Positions 40,721-51,895 of a stretch of DNA of 64,000 bases are shown in pieces. The number at the start of each line of letters is the position of its first letter. The first letter of the stretch is position 1. A program made the translations under genes and the position numbers. This stretch comes from Faecousia sp. (GTDB taxonomy: Bacteria > Bacillota > Clostridia > Oscillospirales > Oscillospiraceae): positions 636 through 64,635 of the forward strand of contig JAZOBY010000070.1 in NCBI GenBank assembly GCA_045596215.1, in the 5' to 3' direction. The notes below the pieces were generated by a model. It worked only from the letters and a program-made list of their open reading frames with translations, made no database searches and had not been told where the DNA came from.

Positions 40721-43360
40721 TTACAGTTTCTTCATTGCGTTTTCGCTTTGTTCCAGACTTGCGATCAAGTCCCGGGTCTTTTGTGCCTTTTCACGCTCTG
40801 CGGCAACCACGGCCTCCGGAGCACGAGAAACGAATTTCTCATTGCTGAGCTTGGCTTCCAGGCTGGCCAGGAACTTACGTTGGCTGTCCAGCTCCTTAGC
40901 GATCCGCTCCAATTCCTTGGCAACATCCACCAGCTGGCCCATAGGAATGTAGAGCTTCGCATCGGAAGTGGCACAAGTAATCATGCCGTCCAGATTTTCC
41001 GGCTCCTTATCCAAAAGGGTTACAGTATCGGCATATGCCAATCTCTGCATGAAGCCCTCGCCCTCGATGAATACCTTGGGATCATTGGCCAGGATATACA
41101 GTGCAGCTTTCTTGGAAGGCGGCACGTTCATCTCGGTACGGCGGTTACGGATGGCACGGATGGCTTCCATCACGGATTCCATACTGTTCTGCTCAGCCTT
41201 AAAGGCCAGGTCGGCACGGTACTGGGGCCATGCGGCAATGATCAGTGCGTCACCCTCGTGGGGCAGGCTCTGCCAAATTTCCTCAGTAATGAAAGGCATA
41301 AACGGATGCAACAGACGCAGGGTCTGATCCAGAACGTAAACCAACACCTGAATAGCTGTCTGCTTACGCTCAGCATCCTCGGAGTACAGTCTTGCCTTGG
41401 TCAGCTCGATATACCAGTCGCAGTAGGTGTCCCAAATGAAGTCGTAGATCTTCTGAACTGCAACGCCCAACTCGTACTTATCCATGTTCTCGGTGACTTC
41501 CGCAATCAGGTTGTTCAGCTTGGAAAGCACCCACTTGTCTGCGATTTCCAGCTTCTCCAAAGCGGGCAGTTCATTCACTGCATCCTCGCACAGGTTCATC
41601 ATGACGTAACGGCTGGCGTTCCACAGCTTATTGGCAAAGTTACGCATAGCTTCGCAGCGTTCCACATAGAAACGCATATCGTTTCCGGGAGAGTTGCCGG
41701 TGACCATGTTCATGCGCAGAGCATCGCAGCCGTACTTTTCGATCATTTCCAGCGGATCGATACCGTTGCCCAGGGACTTGGACATCTTACGGCCCTTATC
41801 GTCACGCACCAGACCGTGGATCAGCACAGTATGGAACGGAGTTTTGCCCACATGCTCACAGCCAGAGAAGATCATTCTGGCAACCCAGAAGAAGATAATG
41901 GCGTAGCCGGAGACCAGCACGTCCGTGGGATAGAATTTCTTCAAATCCTCGGTCGTATCCGGCCAACCCAAAGTCTCAAAGGGCCACAGAGCGGAGCTGA
42001 ACCAGGTGTCCAGCACGTCGGGATCACGCTCGATATTGGCACTGCCGCACTTGGAGCAAGTGCAGGCATCTTCCCGGGAAACGGTGATGTGACCGCAATC
42101 CGCACAGGTCCAAGCGGGAATCTGATGACCCCACCACAGCTGACGGGAAATGCACCAGTCACGGACGTTTTCCATCCAGTTCAGATAGGTCTTGCTGAAA
42201 CGGTCGGGAACAAACTTGGTCTCCCCTTCTTTGACCACACGGATGGCTTCCTCAGCCAGAGGCTTCATCTTTACAAACCATTGGGCAGAAATGATGGGTT
42301 CCACATCGTTATGGCAACGATAACAAGTACCCACATTGTGGGCATGCTCTTCCACCTTGATCAGGTAGCCGCCGGCTTCCAGGTCGGCAACGATCTGCTT
42401 TCTGGCCTCGTAGCGGTCCAGGCCCTCGTACTTGCCACCCAGAGCATTGACCTTGCCGTTATCGTCCAGCACGCGAATAACTTCCAGATTGTGCCGCAGG
42501 CCAACTTCAAAGTCGTTGGGGTCGTGGGCAGGAGTCATCTTGACGCAGCCGGTGCCGAATTCCATTTCTGCATAATCATCCGCAACAACAGGAATTTCCT
42601 TGTTGACCAAAGGCAGAATAACAGTCTTGCCAACGATGGAAGTATAACGCTCATCGTTGGGGTTGACGCACACACCGGAGTCGCCCAGCATGGTCTCCGG
42701 ACGGGTGGTGGCAACAATTACTTCGCCACTGTCGTCTGCCATGGGATAGCGGATGTGCCACAGATGGCCGGGCTTATCCACATATTCAACCTCTGCATCG
42801 GACAAAGCGGTAACGCAATGCGGACACCAGTTGATGATCCGACTGCCCTTGTAGATCAAGCCTTTTTCATACATGGACACGAACACTTCACGGACAGCCT
42901 TGGAACAGCCCTCGTCCATAGTGAAACGGGCACGCTCCCAGTCACAGGATGCACCCAACTTCTTCTGCTGTTCCACAATGCGGTTGCCGTACTTATGTTT
43001 CCAGTCCCACACCTTTTCCAGGAACTTTTCCCGGCCAAGGTCGTAACGGGTCAGGCCGTCTTTACGCAGTTCTTCTTCCACCTTGATCTGGGTGGCAATG
43101 CCGGCATGGTCAACACCGGGCACCCACAGGGCATCGTAGCCCTGCATCCGCTTGAAGCGGATCAGGGTATCCTGCAAGGTTGCGTCCATGGCGTGACCCA
43201 TGTGCAGCTGACCGGTAACGTTGGGGGGCGGCATGACGATGGTAAAGGGCTTTGCTCCCTCCTTACCCTGGGGCTTAAAGTACCCCTTTTGCTCCCACAT
43301 TTCGTACAGTTTGTTTTCTACTTGTTGGGGTTCGTAGACCTTTGGTAATTCTCTTGCCAT
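40721..43360 (-). CDS. valS: Valine--tRNA ligase
   Basis: [30 protein letters not shown]. Confidence 0.97.
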   Translation of the reverse strand: MARELPKVYEPQQVENKLYEMWEQKGYFKPQGKEGAKPFTIVMPPPNVTGQLHMGHAMDATLQDTLIRFKRMQGYDALWVPGVDHAGIATQIKVEEELRKDGLTRYDLGREKFLEKVWDWKHKYGNRIVEQQKKLGASCDWERARFTMDEGCSKAVREVFVSMYEKGLIYKGSRIINWCPHCVTALSDAEVEYVDKPGHLWHIRYPMADDSGEVIVATTRPETMLGDSGVCVNPNDERYTSIVGKTVILPLVNKEIPVVADDYAEMEFGTGCVKMTPAHDPNDFEVGLRHNLEVIRVLDDNGKVNALGGKYEGLDRYEARKQIVADLEAGGYLIKVEEHAHNVGTCYRCHNDVEPIISAQWFVKMKPLAEEAIRVVKEGETKFVPDRFSKTYLNWMENVRDWCISRQLWWGHQIPAWTCADCGHITVSREDACTCSKCGSANIERDPDVLDTWFSSALWPFETLGWPDTTEDLKKFYPTDVLVSGYAIIFFWVARMIFSGCEHVGKTPFHTVLIHGLVRDDKGRKMSKSLGNGIDPLEMIEKYGCDALRMNMVTGNSPGNDMRFYVERCEAMRNFANKLWNASRYVMMNLCEDAVNELPALEKLEIADKWVLSKLNNLIAEVTENMDKYELGVAVQKIYDFIWDTYCDWYIELTKARLYSEDAERKQTAIQVLVYVLDQTLRLLHPFMPFITEEIWQSLPHEGDALIIAAWPQYRADLAFKAEQNSMESVMEAIRAIRNRRTEMNVPPSKKAALYILANDPKVFIEGEGFMQRLAYADTVTLLDKEPENLDGMITCATSDAKLYIPMGQLVDVAKELERIAKELDSQRKFLASLEAKLSNEKFVSRAPEAVVAAEREKAQKTRDLIASLEQSENAMKKL

Positions 43361-43373
43361 AATGCTCTCCTTT

Positions 43374-43606
43374 CAAAAAAGAAACGCCCTGAGGAAAAAC
43401 CTCAGGGCGAAAATACACATTTTCCGCGGTACCACCTGAATTTCCGGCAAGCCGGACACTTTGGCTGCTGTAACGGGCAGACCCGCACTTCCCTACTCTA
43501 TTCAGGAAGCAAGCTCCGAAGCGACCATTCCCATTTATCTTTGCGGACTCACACCAACCGTCCGCTCTCTGAAAAGAAAATACAGGAAACCTCTTCATCT
43601 AGGCTG
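43374..43606 (-). ncRNA. T-box riboswitch, Val (GUC) specifier, upstream of valS
   Basis: AGAGA and GGTG stem I motifs; GTC at 43525-43523; AATTCAGGTGGTACCGCG; terminator. Confidence 0.92.
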
Positions 43607-43736
43607 TTTACCAAAACAAATTATCACATTTTCCCGGGAATGTCAACCAAATTCTTTCCTTTTCCTCAATGTAATAAAACTTGACGGCATTGGGAAATCT
43701 GTTATAATAAAGAAAATCCTTTTGGGAGTTGACTGT

Positions 43737-44672
43737 ATGAAACTTTCCCTTATCGTCCCGTGCTATAACGAAGCGGAGAACATCTATGCCTTCCACGATG
43801 CCGTTTTGGAAGCATTTCAGTCATGTGGTTACGACTATGAACTCGTATTCATTGATGACGGCAGCCGGGATGCGACCCTATTTAACCTTAAAAAGCTGTA
43901 CAATCGTACCACCACACCGATGAAAATCATCTCCTTTTCCCGCAATTTCGGCAAAGAAGCAGCCATTTATGCAGGCCTTGAACACGCTGCCGGTGACTAC
44001 ATCACGCTGATCGATGCGGATTTGCAGCAGCGTCCGGAAATCGTCCGGGATATGGTTGCTTATTTGGATGAAAACCCGGATTTTGACATGGTTGCCGCCT
44101 ATCAGGATCGCCGGGGCGAAGGAAAAGTCCTTTCTTTCTTCAAAAAGGCCTTCTATTCCATCATCAACAAACTGTCCGATGTGAATTTGCAGAAGGATGC
44201 CAGTGATTTCCGCACTTTCCGCCGCAGCGTTGCGGAAAGCATCTTGTCCATTCATGAGTATCACCGGTTCAGCAAGGGCATTTTCGCATGGGTGGGATAC
44301 AAGACACACTTCATCCCTTATACCGCATGTGACCGAGCGGCAGGCACCACAAAGTGGAGTTTCCGTAAGCTGACGAATTACGCTATCGACGGCATTATTG
44401 GCTTCTCTACACGCCCTCTGCGGCTTGCAACCTATCTGGGAACGCTAACCGCAATTGCCGCAATGGTATATCTGCTGATTGTGGTTTTACAAAAACTGAT
44501 CGTCGGTATTGATGTACCTGGTTACGCGACCATCATTGTGCTCATTCTGCTTCTGGGCGGCATGCAGCTGTTCTGCATCGGCATCATCGGTGAATACGTT
44601 GGCAGAACCTTTGAGCAAAGCAAAAACCGGCCCATCTATCTTACCAAGGAAACCCTTGGCTGTGACGAATAA
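43737..44672 (+). CDS. GT2 glycosyltransferase, GtrB-like
   Basis: IVPCYNE, DDGS, FSRNFGKEAA, DADLQ, two C-terminal TMs. Confidence 0.92.
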   Translation: MKLSLIVPCYNEAENIYAFHDAVLEAFQSCGYDYELVFIDDGSRDATLFNLKKLYNRTTTPMKIISFSRNFGKEAAIYAGLEHAAGDYITLIDADLQQRPEIVRDMVAYLDENPDFDMVAAYQDRRGEGKVLSFFKKAFYSIINKLSDVNLQKDASDFRTFRRSVAESILSIHEYHRFSKGIFAWVGYKTHFIPYTACDRAAGTTKWSFRKLTNYAIDGIIGFSTRPLRLATYLGTLTAIAAMVYLLIVVLQKLIVGIDVPGYATIIVLILLLGGMQLFCIGIIGEYVGRTFEQSKNRPIYLTKETLGCDE

Positions 44673-44710
44673 GGAACACCCCATAGGATTTGCTCCTATG
44701 GGGTGAAATT

Positions 44711-47647
44711 TTATTTTTTCTTGAGCTTATGATAGATCTTCAATACCCGTTCGTTCCACTTTTGGCGGTCATTCAGGTAAATGAACAACAGGAAAACGAG
44801 CAGGCAAACGACAGAAATCAGCGTGCCGTAGGTGAAAGCATCATTGTGGTACACAAACATAATGTCGTGGTAACCCTCTGTCAGGAATACGCCAACCATT
44901 GCATCTGCTACGGTAGTTATCTCTGCCCTTTCTCCGTCCACATAGACATACCAGTTGCCATCATCGGGAATGGATGTGTAGAGCAATCCGTCCCGGTCGC
45001 AGATGATATTGCCAAAAATCTCGGTTGTAGAGAATTTGGTAATGTCCAAAGTGGAAGCATTCAGTATCTCGTAACCGCTGCGGAAAAGTGAATCATCCAG
45101 CATTGCCGCCTGGATACGCATACTGCTGTCCTCCCCTGCATCGCAGGAGATGCGGATCTCTACAACATCACCGGGCTTTACCTGGCTGACGGAAAATGTT
45201 TGGGGAAGCTGAGCAGACTCGCTGTAAAGATATTTGCCGTTTAGGCTGACGTAGAAACTATTGTCCGCATACAGGTTAACATCCAGACACAGGAAGCATT
45301 CCTGTTCAATGGTATACTTGTAAATCAGCGTACCGCTGTTGCCGGGGACACGGTATGCACAGTATCCGCCTTGGGTTTCAATGTTGATTTCTACGCCCTC
45401 GCCCTCAATTTCCAGCCAGTGAGCGGGCGTGTCGTTCCATACATTGCCTTCCAATCCGGTTGCTGCGGTAAACAGGGTATTCTGATTGTAAAATGCGTTG
45501 GACGAGTCGAACAGAAGCTTGGCATCTCCAAGAGCTGGTTCTGCCAAAAAACCTAAGGGCAGATACGCATTGTTTTCCAGCAAATACACATCCCCATAGT
45601 GGTGGATGTTGTCAAAATACGGATTTTCCTCCACTTGTGCAGACCGCTCCAGCATATATTTCAAATTCAGAAACAGATTTGCGACAGGAGAGCTTTCCTC
45701 GTAACAATAGCGGTTCCAGTTATCCTGGGCGGCAAAGCCCAGGGCTGTCATAAAACGCGTAACATCCACATTTGCCGAACTGGTAAAGGTGGAAATACCG
45801 TTGTAGTCGTTCAAAGCACCGTCGTTAAGCGTCTGGGAGTGAGTGGTCTCAACACGGTAGAACAGCGAATCCTCCCGCTCTTTCATATAGCGGATCATGG
45901 ACGCGGTATATTCCGTTCCCTGGGGGTAATTGGTGATGTCCGTATAGGCGAAATTGACTCCAAAATTCACAACGTTCATCACAAGCTCCAGGACCATGAC
46001 CAAGCCAAGCAATCCCGTAGACAGACGGTACCGGCTCTTACGCATCAGAGCAATACTTTTCCGGTCTTCCCATGTTGCATCTTTCTCAGGTGCCCGGTGC
46101 AGACGGGGGTACAGCAGAATGAGAAGACACAGGAAGAAGAACACGGCATTATATACCAGGAACACATAGGTGTCACCGTAGGCACTGTAAAGGGATTCCA
46201 TCGTCAGCAACGCAGTCTTTGCAGCCACTTCATTGCCAGCAATGGATGCACTCAAAGCCTGTCCAATATTTTCAAATAGCTCTCCCAAAGCACCAATAGC
46301 ATCCGGGATCAATTCCACATATTTGGAAAGCAGAAAAACGTCGATCGTCAGGATTCCGGCAGTGATAAAGTGCACCGGACGGAAACGATGACGGAACAAG
46401 TATGCTCTGTATGCCATGTAAAGCATAACAAAAGACAGGATAAAACTGAAACGGTACGGAATTTGATTCGTGAAATGGAAACCGTGCCAGATATAATCCA
46501 GTTGACGGATGACAAAGCTGGCCATGAAAAACAGAATCAGGACCACACAACAGATTTTGTCACGCAGCTTCACATTCCAAGCCATCAGGAAGAGAAAAGA
46601 CAATAGCAATACGGAAATACCGCAGTATACATTGGGCAGGCCATCCATGAATGTGGGAACATTACCACCGCTGAGGTTGCCGGCAACCTGTCCCATGCCA
46701 TTCAAAACGGGTGCGAATGACTTCCCTACCGCTTGGAACCACAGGGAAATCGCGGGCTCCCCAGCTTCCTTTGCGGCTTTAAAAGCCTCCCATGCCTCCC
46801 TTGCAGGTGTGCAAAGCTCATAATCAACCATATTCAATTGAAAGCCCTCTGGAAAGGAGTTTACGCTGGAATACGTCTTTCCCAATGCCGCCAGTGCCGG
46901 CAATTCCAAAATGGCCGTCATGCCGATGGCCAGCACAGAAAACAGTGCAATGCATCCAAGATCCAGAAAGAATGTCTTTACGCTTTTACATCTGCAAATC
47001 TGATAGCAGATAAACAGCAAAAGCACGAAAATGCAAGTAAAAAAGCCGATATAATAGTTGATAAAAATGGACAATGCCAGCGTAACGGTGTATAAAACGA
47101 ACTTTCTTTCCTTTAAAAGATACACCGTTCCCAAAGCAACCAGCGGCAGCAGTGCAAAGGTATCCAGCCACATGATATTCCACTGATAGCCCAAGGCCCA
47201 GGCACAAAGTCCATAGAAGCTGCCAAACAGAGCGATGGAAAAATCATTCCTGCCGAACAGCTTTTTCAGAAAAATGGCAAAGCACAAGGAAGCAAGACCC
47301 AGTTTTGCAGGTACGAGCAATGAAAAATACGGCAAGACCCAACTATCCGGCAAAAGCACACTCAGCAAATATAGCGGTGAAGCCAGATAGTATGAAATCA
47401 ACCCGAGATAGTCCATGCCCATGCCCACATTCCAGCTGAACAGGAGACTCTCACCACTCAAAAGGGCATTGCGATACGCCTTAAAGAACGGAAAATACTG
47501 ATGCCACATGTCGGAATACAGCAAGGATTTGTGACCGAAGGGCGTTGCACCCACGCAGATCATCAACACCAGCATTGCAGCAAAGGGCATCAAAAAAGCA
47601 ACGGCGAGATAATTTGGTTTCCATGTACGAAGTTTCGATAAATTCAT
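44711..47647 (-). CDS. YfhO-family membrane protein
   Basis: DMWHQYFPF, YYLASP, NIMWLD, WHGF..PYRF, TSIP.D.NW. Confidence 0.9.
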   Translation of the reverse strand: MNLSKLRTWKPNYLAVAFLMPFAAMLVLMICVGATPFGHKSLLYSDMWHQYFPFFKAYRNALLSGESLLFSWNVGMGMDYLGLISYYLASPLYLLSVLLPDSWVLPYFSLLVPAKLGLASLCFAIFLKKLFGRNDFSIALFGSFYGLCAWALGYQWNIMWLDTFALLPLVALGTVYLLKERKFVLYTVTLALSIFINYYIGFFTCIFVLLLFICYQICRCKSVKTFFLDLGCIALFSVLAIGMTAILELPALAALGKTYSSVNSFPEGFQLNMVDYELCTPAREAWEAFKAAKEAGEPAISLWFQAVGKSFAPVLNGMGQVAGNLSGGNVPTFMDGLPNVYCGISVLLLSFLFLMAWNVKLRDKICCVVLILFFMASFVIRQLDYIWHGFHFTNQIPYRFSFILSFVMLYMAYRAYLFRHRFRPVHFITAGILTIDVFLLSKYVELIPDAIGALGELFENIGQALSASIAGNEVAAKTALLTMESLYSAYGDTYVFLVYNAVFFFLCLLILLYPRLHRAPEKDATWEDRKSIALMRKSRYRLSTGLLGLVMVLELVMNVVNFGVNFAYTDITNYPQGTEYTASMIRYMKEREDSLFYRVETTHSQTLNDGALNDYNGISTFTSSANVDVTRFMTALGFAAQDNWNRYCYEESSPVANLFLNLKYMLERSAQVEENPYFDNIHHYGDVYLLENNAYLPLGFLAEPALGDAKLLFDSSNAFYNQNTLFTAATGLEGNVWNDTPAHWLEIEGEGVEINIETQGGYCAYRVPGNSGTLIYKYTIEQECFLCLDVNLYADNSFYVSLNGKYLYSESAQLPQTFSVSQVKPGDVVEIRISCDAGEDSSMRIQAAMLDDSLFRSGYEILNASTLDITKFSTTEIFGNIICDRDGLLYTSIPDDGNWYVYVDGERAEITTVADAMVGVFLTEGYHDIMFVYHNDAFTYGTLISVVCLLVFLLFIYLNDRQKWNERVLKIYHKLKKK

Positions 47648-47762
47648 AAAAATCTCCCGAGGTAGTAATTTGGTAGTATTTTACCACAAAAATATACTTT
47701 GGTAAAGGTTTCCGGAAAATTTTATAGAAAAACGCCTGCCGCAACTGCGACAGGCGTAAGAA

Positions 47763-48989
47763 TTACTTTTTGTCCCGCTTACGGGTAAGGTAAATATCCA
47801 GTTTTTCCTTCACATTTTCGGGGATTTCTCTGGCCACAGGACACTGGGCAGCATTGGCCATGCGATCAGTAAAGGTGGTGATAAATTCGATATCCTCCAC
47901 CATCTGCTCTCCGCTCATAACTGCAACCGTGTCATAGCCGTTATGGATGGTAGCCGTATTCGGAGGAGCGATCCGTGCAAAAGACAGAGCCGGCACGCCA
48001 TTGTCCGCAAAAGGTGTGGAATCGCTGGAATAAACATCCTGCTGGACCTTGATACCAAAGCCCAATTCCGCACCAAAATACTTGATGTAATGGGTAAGTG
48101 CCTCTTCTGTGGAGCAGCAAGCAATGAACTTGCCCATGATGCAGCCGATCATATCCAGGTTGATATTCAAAACGATGTCTTTCAGTTCATCCTCGTGAGC
48201 CTGGCAATAGGCTTTTGAGCCCAGCAAGCCTCGTTCTTCACTGCCGCACCAAATAAAACGCAGACCGTAACGGTGGGGATGGTTCACAAAGTATTCCAAA
48301 ACACCCAGGATACCCACAGAGCCGGACATATTGTCATATGCACCCTGAGAAAGGGATGTGGAGTCGTAATGGGCTGTCAAAACGATGTATTCCTGACGCT
48401 CACCGGGCAGATCCGCAATCACATTATGGGATTTGCCAGTAGCTTCCTCCTGCTTAATGGTGATTCTCGCCATGGATGCCCCATCCCGTGTCAATTCAAT
48501 GGCAGACTTGGCATTGATGTTCACACCCAGGATCTTGTTACCCTTGCTGACGTAACTACGCAGTTCACGCTGGTCAATGTCGTTATCCGTATAGTTGGCA
48601 TTGCCGTCATAGGTGATAAAGCCAACCGCTCCGTTTTCCAGCAGATCCTGATACATCCAGTAGCCCAGATAACCGTCGATCATAACGATCTTTCCCTTGC
48701 ACAGAGAAAGGCTGTACGGATCGGTACTACGCAGATAGTAAAGGGGTGCTTCCACTTTCCCGCTGCCGCAGTTCAGATATCCCTTGCAGGGGATTTCCTT
48801 GCCGTCCACGGTCAGAATTGCCTGCTCCATGGTTGCCATATCCACGTCGAATTCTTCCAGCACGGCAGAAACGCCCAATTCCGTGCATTTGCTTTGCAAA
48901 TATTTAGCAGCACGCAGTTCCTCAGAAGATCCACCCATACGCACATAGGCGGTCTCTTCAAAAATTTTCATAATTTGTTTTGCATCCAT
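47763..48989 (-). CDS. M28-family peptidase
   Basis: AHYD, GAYDN, GSEERGLLGS, NLDM. Confidence 0.88.
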   Translation of the reverse strand: MDAKQIMKIFEETAYVRMGGSSEELRAAKYLQSKCTELGVSAVLEEFDVDMATMEQAILTVDGKEIPCKGYLNCGSGKVEAPLYYLRSTDPYSLSLCKGKIVMIDGYLGYWMYQDLLENGAVGFITYDGNANYTDNDIDQRELRSYVSKGNKILGVNINAKSAIELTRDGASMARITIKQEEATGKSHNVIADLPGERQEYIVLTAHYDSTSLSQGAYDNMSGSVGILGVLEYFVNHPHRYGLRFIWCGSEERGLLGSKAYCQAHEDELKDIVLNINLDMIGCIMGKFIACCSTEEALTHYIKYFGAELGFGIKVQQDVYSSDSTPFADNGVPALSFARIAPPNTATIHNGYDTVAVMSGEQMVEDIEFITTFTDRMANAAQCPVAREIPENVKEKLDIYLTRKRDKK

Positions 48990-48991
48990 CT

Positions 48992-50296
48992 TTAGACCTC
49001 CGGATCGTCTTTCAAATGGAACGCCACTTTCAGATCTTCCACTTCGTCATCAGTAATGTGAACGATGTCACCCACCTCTTTGGACAGGATAATGGAATTG
49101 GCGGTGGACTCCATTACTTCCAGCCGGTCAAAGGCCTGCAGTAAGCTCTCGCCGGTCACCACAACACAGCTGTTTTCGATCATCATGGCCGGATGCACCG
49201 GGCTGAGGGCATCGGCAGTCTTGTCAGGTTCCAGATAAACCTGGTCATAGGGCAGCTTTTTCACATCCCGCAAAAGGATATAGCTTTCCGGGATGGTGCG
49301 GGGATCGAAAACTGCATCCGTAATGGCAAATGCCATGGAATTGACAGGATGAGCCTGTAAGATAGCCTTAATCTCCGGTTGTTTCTGATAGATCTTCTCA
49401 TGGAACAAAACGGCACGAGACGGGGTTTTCCCCTGCTCCTTCATGCCGGACTTGACACGCACAAGGTCATCTTCTTCCAGATATGCCCGGTCAAAATTGA
49501 AGGGCGTGATGAGGAAGCTGCCGTCTGCCAAACGCACAGAATAGGTGCCGTGGTTGGCAGTAAACAAGCCCATCTTGTAGGAACGGCGGATGAGGGTGAT
49601 CATATCCCGGCGAGCCGCCAGTTCCTCAGACGTGCGGCTGTGGGGGATGAAATCGTCCATTTTTGTATGATAACGGGTATCGCTGATACGGTATGCATCC
49701 GTGGCAAGGGGGCGGATTGTGCCCACCTTCTTGGCCAGAACCTCCAGAGTTGCCGTATAGTGCAGCGTCTCAAAACGCTGGAAGGCTGTGAACATATCCT
49801 TTGCACCGATGCAAACACCGTGATTCTCCAGAATCGCAATGTCACAACCGGACGCAAAAACAGAACCGATCTTCTCGCCCAATGCATCACTGCCCGGTAC
49901 GTCGTATTTTGCGATCTGCACGTCCGAACAGACCTTTCGGACAGAGGGAACCAAATCCAGATTGGGGCATTTACGGGCAATGGAAAACGCCACCAATGCC
50001 GGCGGATGGGCATGCAATACCGCTTGCAGATCCGGCCGCATATGGTACACCGAGGCATGGAACGGAAGTTCCGAAGATGGCTTGTGCTGACCCACGATCG
50101 TGCCGTCAGGCTTGACGCAGACGATATCCCCACGGGATAGCGTACCCTTGTCAACGCCGGCAGGTGTGATCCAGATATTACCCTCTTCATCCTTTATGGA
50201 CAAGTTGCCACCCGAAGTGGTAGTTAGACCCTTGTCATAAATACGCTGCATAAACATGACCAATTGGTCAGCCGGGTGAATGTATTGTATATTCAT
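48992..50296 (-). CDS. Class II aldolase with two tandem domains
   Basis: GGNLS, KPSSE, HAHP, ENHG in domain 1; degenerate second copy. Confidence 0.85.
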   Translation of the reverse strand: MNIQYIHPADQLVMFMQRIYDKGLTTTSGGNLSIKDEEGNIWITPAGVDKGTLSRGDIVCVKPDGTIVGQHKPSSELPFHASVYHMRPDLQAVLHAHPPALVAFSIARKCPNLDLVPSVRKVCSDVQIAKYDVPGSDALGEKIGSVFASGCDIAILENHGVCIGAKDMFTAFQRFETLHYTATLEVLAKKVGTIRPLATDAYRISDTRYHTKMDDFIPHSRTSEELAARRDMITLIRRSYKMGLFTANHGTYSVRLADGSFLITPFNFDRAYLEEDDLVRVKSGMKEQGKTPSRAVLFHEKIYQKQPEIKAILQAHPVNSMAFAITDAVFDPRTIPESYILLRDVKKLPYDQVYLEPDKTADALSPVHPAMMIENSCVVVTGESLLQAFDRLEVMESTANSIILSKEVGDIVHITDDEVEDLKVAFHLKDDPEV

Positions 50297-50311
50297 AATA
50301 ATCTCCTTAAC

Positions 50312-51769
50312 TCAAAATGTAAGCAAACGCTGATAGCCTTTCTCCCAGTCTTCTGTGTGATTGGGCTGATAGGTTTCAACAGTCTCAGAATTGCGGACGA
50401 TCTGACGCAGTTCGTCAATATCCTTGATATCACCAAGGGCCATAGCCTGAGCCAGCAGGTTGCCAATAGCTGCACCTTCCACCGGGCCGGTGATCACAGG
50501 GCGGTTAATGGAATCTGCCACCATCTGATTGAGCAGCTTGTTCTGAATACCGCCGCCAACGATGTTCAGCGTATCGATGCTCTGACCCTTGATCTCTTCC
50601 AGTCGCTCCAATGCCCAACGGTATTTCAGTGCCAGGGACTCGTAGATACAACGGGCGATTTGCCCCACAGTCTCCGGAACAGGCTGATTTGTGTCAGCAC
50701 AGAACTTCCGGATCTTCTGCACCATATTGCCACCGGCAAAGAATTCGCTGTAATCGGGATCAATGATGCTGCGAAGGGGTTCAGCTTTCTTGGCTTCCTT
50801 CACGATATCATCCCAACTGTACTTTGTTCCTGCTTTGATCCAGTCTCTGCGGCACTCCTGGATCAGCCACAGACCCATGATGTTCTTCAAGGGGCGGAAG
50901 CCGCCCTGAATGGTGCCCTCATTGGCAAAGTTGGCATCACGCACTTCCGGCGTCAGAATGGGCACATCCGTCTCCACGCCAAAGAGAGACCATGTACCGG
51001 AGGAACAAAACGCAAAGCTGCCGCTTCCGGGAATCGCTGCAACGGCGGATGCGGTATCGTGGGTGCCCACAGCGGCAAAATTCGCCTGATTAAGTCCAAA
51101 TTCCTCTGCCAGTTCCGGACGGAGCTTGCCACGCAGAGTGCCGGCCTGGTCGATTTCTGTAAAGATATGCTCCGGGATTCCCAGTGCTCGGATGCTATCC
51201 CAGTCCCAATCCCGGGTGGTGGGGTTGTAGAGCATGGATGTAGTAACATTGGTATACTCAGACTTCATTTCCCCAGTGAGGAAATAGCCCAGAAGATCGG
51301 GCATCATCAGAAGCTTCTGTGCCTGCTCCAAAGCCACATCATTTTGCCGCTTCCGGCGATAAAGCTGGTAGACAGTATTAAAATTCAGCTTTGCAATGCC
51401 GGTGCGGCTGAACAGTGTGGGAAAATCCACAATTTCAGATGCTGCGTCCATATCCTCGTCCACGCTGTAGCGGTATGCCCGGGGATTGCCCAACAGGTGT
51501 CCGTTGCGGTCCAGCAGACCGTAATCCACGCCCCAGGTATCAATACCAAAGCAGTCAAGGTCGCCAACGTTCGCCTGCTTGAAGGCCAGGAAGCCCTGTT
51601 TCAGCTGATTATAAAGATAAGGCAGATCCCAGTAGCAAACACCGTTCATCTCCACATAATTGTTTTCAAAACGGTGCAGCTCCCGCATGGTCAGTTTGCC
51701 GTTTTCCAACTGGCCCAAAATGGCACGGCCGTTGCTTGCACCCAAATCAAAAGCAAGTAAATTTCTCAT
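50312..51769 (-). CDS. rhaB: Rhamnulokinase/fuculokinase-like sugar kinase
   Basis: DLGASNGR, GIDTWGVDY, HDTASA, SSGTWSL, KNIMGLW. Confidence 0.85.
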   Translation of the reverse strand: MRNLLAFDLGASNGRAILGQLENGKLTMRELHRFENNYVEMNGVCYWDLPYLYNQLKQGFLAFKQANVGDLDCFGIDTWGVDYGLLDRNGHLLGNPRAYRYSVDEDMDAASEIVDFPTLFSRTGIAKLNFNTVYQLYRRKRQNDVALEQAQKLLMMPDLLGYFLTGEMKSEYTNVTTSMLYNPTTRDWDWDSIRALGIPEHIFTEIDQAGTLRGKLRPELAEEFGLNQANFAAVGTHDTASAVAAIPGSGSFAFCSSGTWSLFGVETDVPILTPEVRDANFANEGTIQGGFRPLKNIMGLWLIQECRRDWIKAGTKYSWDDIVKEAKKAEPLRSIIDPDYSEFFAGGNMVQKIRKFCADTNQPVPETVGQIARCIYESLALKYRWALERLEEIKGQSIDTLNIVGGGIQNKLLNQMVADSINRPVITGPVEGAAIGNLLAQAMALGDIKDIDELRQIVRNSETVETYQPNHTEDWEKGYQRLLTF

Positions 51770-51857
51770 AAGTATCAACCTTTCTGTCCCCTCCAAATGA
51801 TGGACGACCATAGATTTGCATATATATGATATCGTAAAAAAGTCTTTCTGTCAAATA

Positions 51858-51895
51858 GAATCCCGCCCTCTGCGGTCGCATAGGGCGGGGATTCT
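51858..51895 (-). terminator. Terminator
   Basis: AGAATCCCGCCCT...AGGGCGGGGATTCT. Confidence 0.6.

Noticed and set aside
40748-43348. Long antisense ORFs (also 52039-54048, 56562-58424, 50264-51760, 59457-60893)
   Set aside because: Shadow frames opposite well-supported genes; no motifs
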